Below are positions 59,094-64,000 of a DNA stretch of 64,000 nucleotides, piece by piece; within the stretch, counting starts at the first letter, position 1; every line of letters starts with the position of its first letter. The notes below the pieces were generated by a model. It was not told the DNA's origin. It searched no databases and saw only the letters and a list, made by a program, of their open reading frames with translations. Source of the stretch: Paludibacteraceae bacterium (GTDB lineage Bacteria > Bacteroidota > Bacteroidia > Bacteroidales > Paludibacteraceae); assembly GCA_045613525.1 (NCBI GenBank), contig JAZLBE010000038.1, positions 22,975-86,974 on the forward strand. The letters are read 5' to 3'. Made by a program: the position numbers and the translations under genes.

Positions 59094-59710
59094 TATTCAA
59101 AGTTGAATGTTATCGACAGTTTTTGTTGAAATGCGGGACCTACAAGTTTTTTTACATTACCATCATTTCCCTCCAATATCTCATCTTCAAAACCTATTTG
59201 ATATCTGATTTCGGGACATAGCTTGAACCATCTAAAGTATAAGTCACAACCAAAGCCTCCTCCCACAAATCCATCCAAAAATTGATTGCGGTATGCTTCG
59301 TGATTTCTGAATAGGTCCATTTGCATACCACCACCAACGATCACATACGGACGGAAGTTAGCCTCGCGTGCAGCTGTCCATTTTAGGTATAGAGGTATGT
59401 TGACTGGAATACTATTGACAGCATTTCCATTATATTTTCGTTGTCCAAATCCAATACCTGGTGTAAAACGCAGATTGAGTACACGATGCAGCTTGATGTC
59501 TACAATTCCACCTACTGAGAATCCCGCACCCAATCCCAATTCGTTTGCTTTATCACTGCGCAAGTCGTATGACAAGATATCTACACCTAAGTAATAACCA
59601 TAGTGTATTATTTTGTCATCCGCATATGGATTATTACCTGCATACACCGGGTCTACTACCGACAATAGCAGTACACAGCCCAATATGTATTTCACTATTT
59701 TTTCTTTCAT
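59093..59710 (-). CDS. PorT/SprT-like outer-membrane beta-barrel protein (OMP_b-brl_2 type)
   Basis: It has a signal peptide. Its block pattern resembles PorT/SprT family members as I recall them (LRFTPGIG, IPLYLKW...FRPYVIVGGG, GFGCDLYFRWFKLCPEIRY, terminal ITFNFE). Confidence 0.55.
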   Translation of the reverse strand: MKEKIVKYILGCVLLLSVVDPVYAGNNPYADDKIIHYGYYLGVDILSYDLRSDKANELGLGAGFSVGGIVDIKLHRVLNLRFTPGIGFGQRKYNGNAVNSIPVNIPLYLKWTAAREANFRPYVIVGGGMQMDLFRNHEAYRNQFLDGFVGGGFGCDLYFRWFKLCPEIRYQIGFEDEILEGNDGNVKKLVGPAFQQKLSITFNFE

Positions 59711-59751
59711 CTAGTCCTTGTTTACTTCTTTTTTTTCATGCCCATAGCCTC

Positions 59752-60198
59752 TTATTTCTCACTTTTCTCCAAAATCCACTCAACGGCTTCTCTATATCCG
59801 TCTGTTCCGTGTCCGATGATGCTGTGTGTACATACGTCGGTCAACAGACTGGTTTGTCTAAATGCTTCACGCTTGGCGATATCAGAGATATGCACTTCCA
59901 CTACTGGTATCTCAGCACAGGCTACTGCGTCGCGTAGTGCTACACTCGTATGGGTATATCCGCCTGCATTAAGTACGATACCCGATATCCCATCGCCCTC
60001 TAAACGATTAATACCATACGCCTGAATCCAATCAATCAAATCGCCTTCGTGGTTAGATTGCGCGTAGTGGATGTGTAGGTCAGGATAGAGACGCTGTATG
60101 TCTAGCAGCACCTGCTCCATTGACTTGGTTCCATATACTGCGGGTTCTCTTCGCCCCAGTAGGTTCAAGTTTGGTCCATTGATAATCACTACTTTCAT
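59752..60198 (-). CDS. aroQ: Type II 3-dehydroquinate dehydratase
   Basis: The N-terminus VIINGPNLNLLGRREPAVYG, the motif NAGGYTHTSVA and the 148-aa length fit. Confidence 0.95.
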   Translation of the reverse strand: MKVVIINGPNLNLLGRREPAVYGTKSMEQVLLDIQRLYPDLHIHYAQSNHEGDLIDWIQAYGINRLEGDGISGIVLNAGGYTHTSVALRDAVACAEIPVVEVHISDIAKREAFRQTSLLTDVCTHSIIGHGTDGYREAVEWILEKSEK

Positions 60199-60222
60199 GT
60201 CTCTACCTTTCGCCTCTAATCT

Positions 60223-62304
60223 TTATCCTCTCGTTCCTTGTACAGCTACTAGGAACTCGTCGTTGTCGTTGGTGCGTTCCATCAGGGCTTTCAGTTTCTC
60301 CATAGCCTCTACGCTATTCATATCGCTGAGCATCTTACGGATTACCCACATGCGTGACAGCACCTCGTTTGGAAGGAGCAAGTCGTCGCGACGGGTAGAT
60401 GACGCTGGTATATCTACTGCTGGGAAGATACGTTTGTTGCTGAGTTTGCGGTCTAGTTGCAACTCCATGTTACCTGTTCCTTTGAACTCCTCAAAGATCA
60501 CATCGTCCATCTTGCTACCAGTCTCAGTCAATGCAGTTGCTATGATGGTCAGACTACCGCCATTCTCTATGTTACGTGCCGCACCAAAGAATCGTTTTGG
60601 TTTGTGCAATGCTTGTGCCTCTACACCACCAGACAATACCTTGCCGCTCGCAGGGGCAACAGTGTTGTAGGCGCGTGCTAGACGTGTGATACTGTCTAGT
60701 AGTATGACTACGTCATGTCCACACTCTACGAGTCGTTTGGCTTTTTCGTGTACGATGTTAGCCACTTTTACGTGGTTCTCAGCTGGTTCGTCAAAGGTTG
60801 ATGCTATCACTTCTGCGTTTACCGAACGTGCCATGTCGGTTACCTCTTCTGGACGTTCATCAATGAGCAGGATAATCATGTATACCTCTGGGTGATTAGC
60901 TGCAATAGCATTTGCTATCTGTTTGAGTAGTACGGTTTTACCTGTTTTAGGTTGTGCTACTATCAGACCACGTTGTCCCTTGCCTATTGGCGCAAACAGA
61001 TCGATGATACGTGTTGAGATAGGGTCTGATTTGTCTCCCTTGCACAATTTGAATTTCTCATCAGGGAAGAGTGGAGTCAAGTTCTCAAATGCGATACGCT
61101 CTTTGGCCAATGCTGGTGCAATACCATTGATGCGCAAGACCTCTTTCATTGGGAAGTACTTGTCTGTGTCTCGTGGAGGACGTATCGTACATTCTACTGT
61201 ATCGCCTGTTTTGAGACTATATTGACGAATCTGTTGTTGCGATACGTAGATGTCATCTGGCGATGAAATGTAGTTGTAGTCTGCACTGCGCAAGAATCCG
61301 TATCCGTCAGGTGCACATTCTAGTGTTCCTACTGCTGTGATGGTATCACCGAAGGCCTCTGCACCTTTCTCTAGTATGCTATCTTCTGGTTTTGCTGGTG
61401 CAGGAGTTTGGATCGGAGTGACATCTTCTCCGTTAGCCAGTTGCTCTTCGCGTTTAGCTATCTGTTTGGTTATCTGCTCTATTCGTGCGTTGATGCGTGC
61501 TTGTTTCTCTTCTGGTGTCTCCGCTTGTTTGCTTGGAGTATGCGGATTAGCCTTTACTGCCTCATCGCCTGTAGTCACGTCAGTTGCGTTCTCTAGTGGC
61601 TGTGCTGCGTCTTGTGATGCAGTGTCCTCTATGTTCGATCGACCCTTCTTGCTGCGTTTTTTCTTCGTCTTTTCGCCTTTCGCCTCTTCACCTTTCGCCT
61701 CTTCGCCTTTTGCCTCATTTGCCTTCTCGCTTACAGGTGCTTTGTCTGTATTCTCCGATGCAGTAACCTCTACGCTCTCTCCGCTCTTCTTGTTACGTTT
61801 TTTCTTCGTTTTCTCGCCTCTCACCTTCTCGCCTTTCGCCTCATTTGCCATCTCGCCTATAGGTGCTTCTATAGCGTCCTCTAGTGGCAGCGTTGTGTCC
61901 TGCGATGTAGTGTTCTCTATACGGAAGATATTAGGTGTTACAGCCGAAACTACTGGTTTTGGAACAGGTTGTTTAGCTTGTTCCTCTTTCATTTGTCCCA
62001 GGGTCTCTTGCTCGTTACCTACGGTAGCTATTACTCGGTTGCTTTTCAGGTTGTCCGTGTTGACCTTAGTAGGTGCTACTTGTATGCGTTGACGTTTGCC
62101 GCGTTTCTTCTCCTCGTTCTTCGCTTGTTTAGCTTCTTCACGAGCTTGTACTTCAGCACCACGACGATCTGCTTGGGCATCTAGGATATCATAAATAATC
62201 GATTGCAACGACGCATCTTTGCGCACTTTGATGTCAAAGCTGTGTGCAATCTCGGTTAATTGTTCGAGCGTCATACGCCCGAGTTTCTGCATATCGTATT
62301 GCAT
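60223..62304 (-). CDS. rho: Transcription termination factor Rho with a large N-terminal insertion domain
   Basis: It has a Rho N-terminal helix bundle ([15 protein letters not shown]), an RNA-binding CSD-like segment (GYGFLR), Walker A (AQPKTGKT) and the C-terminal RecA fold. I place the start at MQYDMQK... (62304, or 62292), since the longer ORF crosses the promoter box. Confidence 0.95.
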   Translation of the reverse strand: MQYDMQKLGRMTLEQLTEIAHSFDIKVRKDASLQSIIYDILDAQADRRGAEVQAREEAKQAKNEEKKRGKRQRIQVAPTKVNTDNLKSNRVIATVGNEQETLGQMKEEQAKQPVPKPVVSAVTPNIFRIENTTSQDTTLPLEDAIEAPIGEMANEAKGEKVRGEKTKKKRNKKSGESVEVTASENTDKAPVSEKANEAKGEEAKGEEAKGEKTKKKRSKKGRSNIEDTASQDAAQPLENATDVTTGDEAVKANPHTPSKQAETPEEKQARINARIEQITKQIAKREEQLANGEDVTPIQTPAPAKPEDSILEKGAEAFGDTITAVGTLECAPDGYGFLRSADYNYISSPDDIYVSQQQIRQYSLKTGDTVECTIRPPRDTDKYFPMKEVLRINGIAPALAKERIAFENLTPLFPDEKFKLCKGDKSDPISTRIIDLFAPIGKGQRGLIVAQPKTGKTVLLKQIANAIAANHPEVYMIILLIDERPEEVTDMARSVNAEVIASTFDEPAENHVKVANIVHEKAKRLVECGHDVVILLDSITRLARAYNTVAPASGKVLSGGVEAQALHKPKRFFGAARNIENGGSLTIIATALTETGSKMDDVIFEEFKGTGNMELQLDRKLSNKRIFPAVDIPASSTRRDDLLLPNEVLSRMWVIRKMLSDMNSVEAMEKLKALMERTNDNDEFLVAVQGTRG

Positions 62305-62370
62305 ATAATAAAATGTGTGTAAAAAATCTAAATAATTGGGAAAAATCTTTGTAGTCTCACAAAGACGCTG

Positions 62371-62378
62371 CAAAGGTA
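62371..62378 (-). promoter_or_regulatory. -7 promoter box (TACCTTTG) for rho
   Basis: It matches TAnnTTTG on the minus strand, 67 nt upstream of the ATG at 62304. Confidence 0.55.
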
Positions 62379-62422
62379 CAACAAAAAATGCACATACGCA
62401 AGAAAAGCGAGAAAAATATTTC

Positions 62423-62445
62423 AAAAAAGATAGATTTATCTATCT
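62423..62445 (-). terminator. Candidate intrinsic terminator (minus strand) just upstream of the rho promoter
   Basis: The minus strand reads AGATAGAT-AA-ATCTATCT followed by T6. The stem is AT-rich and therefore weak. Confidence 0.4.
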
Positions 62446-63179
62446 CATAGACCTATTAGTATCCATTGGAAGCTTGCTTACAAATGGGTACTGATAGGGA
62501 TGTGATAAGGTGTTAACCGTTTTTAGCAAATAATTTCGAGCTTACTGGAGTATGGGCAATCAACAGGACTCCCGCAAAGCTCGTGGGTTTGTGGGAAGAG
62601 GAGCAAACGCGGGCATCCTCAATTTGCAGCGCAAATTCTTATGACAAGCGGATTGCGACGAGCGAACGTAGCTACGGGGGAATTGGCTTATAATGTGGGT
62701 GTGTTTTTGTGCTGATTATAAGCCAAGGCAGTGTCCGAAAGTACAATAAATAATTGATTTACGCAAGAGTTATAATGAAAAAGTGTATTTTTCTAAAAAA
62801 ATATACTTCTATCCTTTAGAATTTAGCAAAATATTTTGTGTAGATCGTTTACGCATCGCTACAATGTAGATAAGGACAATCAGTTCCCGCTAACCGCTAC
62901 CTGCGGTGCTCTAAGCACTACCGTACTGCCTTTTGACATTTACCTACGATGCCCAGAGTCGATACTTACTTTCATTTGATTAGATTCAGTGATAGCGTAG
63001 TCGGCGGTTCTAGTAGCGCCGACGAGCAGAACGGTGGTAATTTATTGTTACGTCCTGCTGTGCATAAGATTAATAAGATTTCTGCCCGCAGGGCAAGGAG
63101 ATATCATAACCCTCTTGAGTGCTCACATCGTTGGTGAGTGCAATGTTGTCTTCATTGTCTTTAACAAGAACTTTCCCAA

Positions 63180-64000
63180 TCACCCTATCACCACTTTCTC
63201 AAACGTATTCACCTTATCCCTATTGTATGGGGCATGCACTTTGACGTAGTTCTCTGTGAATCCAGCCATTTGGTCACCCTCTTTCTTGGACTCCCATAGT
63301 ACAGTGGCCTCTCTTCCTGTTTGTTCGGCATAGAAGGCCTTCGTCTTTTGCTCCGATATCTCGTGTAGCACTTTGCTGCGGCGTTGTCTTTCTGCTTTAG
63401 GTACAACACATACATCTAGCTCTAGCATGCGTGTATTAGCACGCTCCGAGTAGGTGAATACATGCAACTGACTCACGTCCAGTCGTTTGATGAACGCTAC
63501 ATAATCCTCAAAACACTCCTCTGTTTCGCCTCTTACACCTACCATGCAGTCAACACCGATAAAGGCATGTGGCATCAGCTGTTTGATGTGTTTAACACGT
63601 TCTTCGAACAGTTCGCGAGTATATCGGCGTTTCATGATTTGTAGCACTTCGTTGCTACCTGATTGAAGTGGTATATGGAAGTGTGGAGCAAAGTGTTTGC
63701 TGTGTGCAACAAAGTCTATCACCTCATCGGTCAACAAGTTTGGTTCGCATGACGATATACGTATGCGATAGTCGCTTGTCTCTAAACCGTCTAATGCCTT
63801 CAACAGATCTATAAAACTCTCACCAGTACTACGACCAAAGTCGCCTATGTTTACGCCCGTTAGTACTAGCTCTTTGGCGCCTTCTTCCAGTGCTTGTTGG
63901 GCTTGTACAACTATCTCGCTTATCTTTGGGTTGCGCGATTTGCCTCGTGCATGTGGTATGGTGCAATAGGTACAGAAGTAGTTGCATCCATCTTGCACTT
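63180..64000 (-). CDS. Radical-SAM methylthiotransferase (MiaB/RimO family, MtaB-like), with the N-terminal part outside the window
   Basis: The radical SAM cluster motif CNYFCTYCTIPHARG is present, with a TRAM-like C-terminal end. The ORF is open to the window end. Confidence 0.82.
   Translation of the reverse strand, partial: VQDGCNYFCTYCTIPHARGKSRNPKISEIVVQAQQALEEGAKELVLTGVNIGDFGRSTGESFIDLLKALDGLETSDYRIRISSCEPNLLTDEVIDFVAHSKHFAPHFHIPLQSGSNEVLQIMKRRYTRELFEERVKHIKQLMPHAFIGVDCMVGVRGETEECFEDYVAFIKRLDVSQLHVFTYSERANTRMLELDVCVVPKAERQRRSKVLHEISEQKTKAFYAEQTGREATVLWESKKEGDQMAGFTENYVKVHAPYNRDKVNTFEKVVIG

Noticed and set aside
60098-60670. A 190-aa plus-strand ORF spanning the aroQ/rho junction.
   Set aside because: It lies antisense to two genes with unmistakable motifs and would cross their intergenic spacer. 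It is spurious.
61337-62092. A 251-aa plus-strand ORF, plus smaller ORFs at 61408-61596 and 61584-61766.
   Set aside because: They lie antisense to the low-complexity insertion domain of rho and are a compositional artefact.
62565-62615. c-di-GMP-I riboswitch-like words (CGCAAAGC and GCAAAC).
   Set aside because: The words occur in the wrong order relative to the GEMM-I consensus. There is no tetraloop/receptor hairpin pair and no downstream plus-strand gene to regulate.
62880-62960. RNase P RNA-like words on the minus strand (GGTAA..AAAGG..CGGTA..AGAGCACCG, and later GGCTTAT..CAG).
   Set aside because: The universally conserved P4 strands (GGAAAGUCCGG and ACAGAACCCGGCUUA) are absent. An AT-rich spacer with a T run would lie inside the RNA, and GGCTTATAAT pairs locally instead of forming P1.
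63050-63115. A tmRNA-like word (GCGGGCAGAAAT on the minus strand).
   Set aside because: There is no alanine-type acceptor stem with G3-U70, no T arm or CCA-proximal end within 300-420 nt downstream, and no tag reading frame ending in a YALAA-like peptide.
1-64000. A search for CRISPR arrays, transposases, integrases, prophage genes or defence genes, and for rRNA.
   Set aside because: No regularly spaced direct repeats with unique spacers were seen, and no ORF carries DDE, tyrosine- or serine-recombinase, capsid, terminase or nuclease-helicase defence signatures. The tRNA-Gln has no adjacent integrase or duplicated 3' half.

Overview
This window looks like densely packed core chromosome of a Bacteroidales bacterium, probably Prevotella-like. 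Three things support that inference: TAnnTTTG -7 promoter boxes ahead of many genes, a T9SS C-terminal sorting domain on a secreted GH13 enzyme, and a Rho factor with a large N-terminal insertion. I call about 46 CDS in alternating strand blocks and one tRNA-Gln(CUG), plus several intrinsic terminators and promoter boxes. The content is almost entirely housekeeping: nusA-infB, thyA-folA, recN, rarA, rho, mnmA, rlmH, kdsB, cdsA, nadC, aroQ, deoD and a class A PBP. There are also two secreted GH13 amylases and a Wza-Wza-Wzc polysaccharide export cluster. I see no rRNA, CRISPR array, transposase, integrase, phage gene or recognisable defence gene, and I cannot support a discrete novel multi-gene system. 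The least explained items are: (1) an 875-bp ORF-free, hairpin-rich gap between mtaB and rho; (2) short intergenic arrays of 11-bp-phased direct repeats, two of which share a 17-mer; (3) a roughly 300-aa Lys/Ala/Glu-rich tandem-repeat extension on the cytoplasmic N-terminus of the class A PBP; (4) a (Tyr-Gly)11 tail on the Wzc-type tyrosine kinase. All family assignments come from reading motifs in the supplied translations, with no database search.
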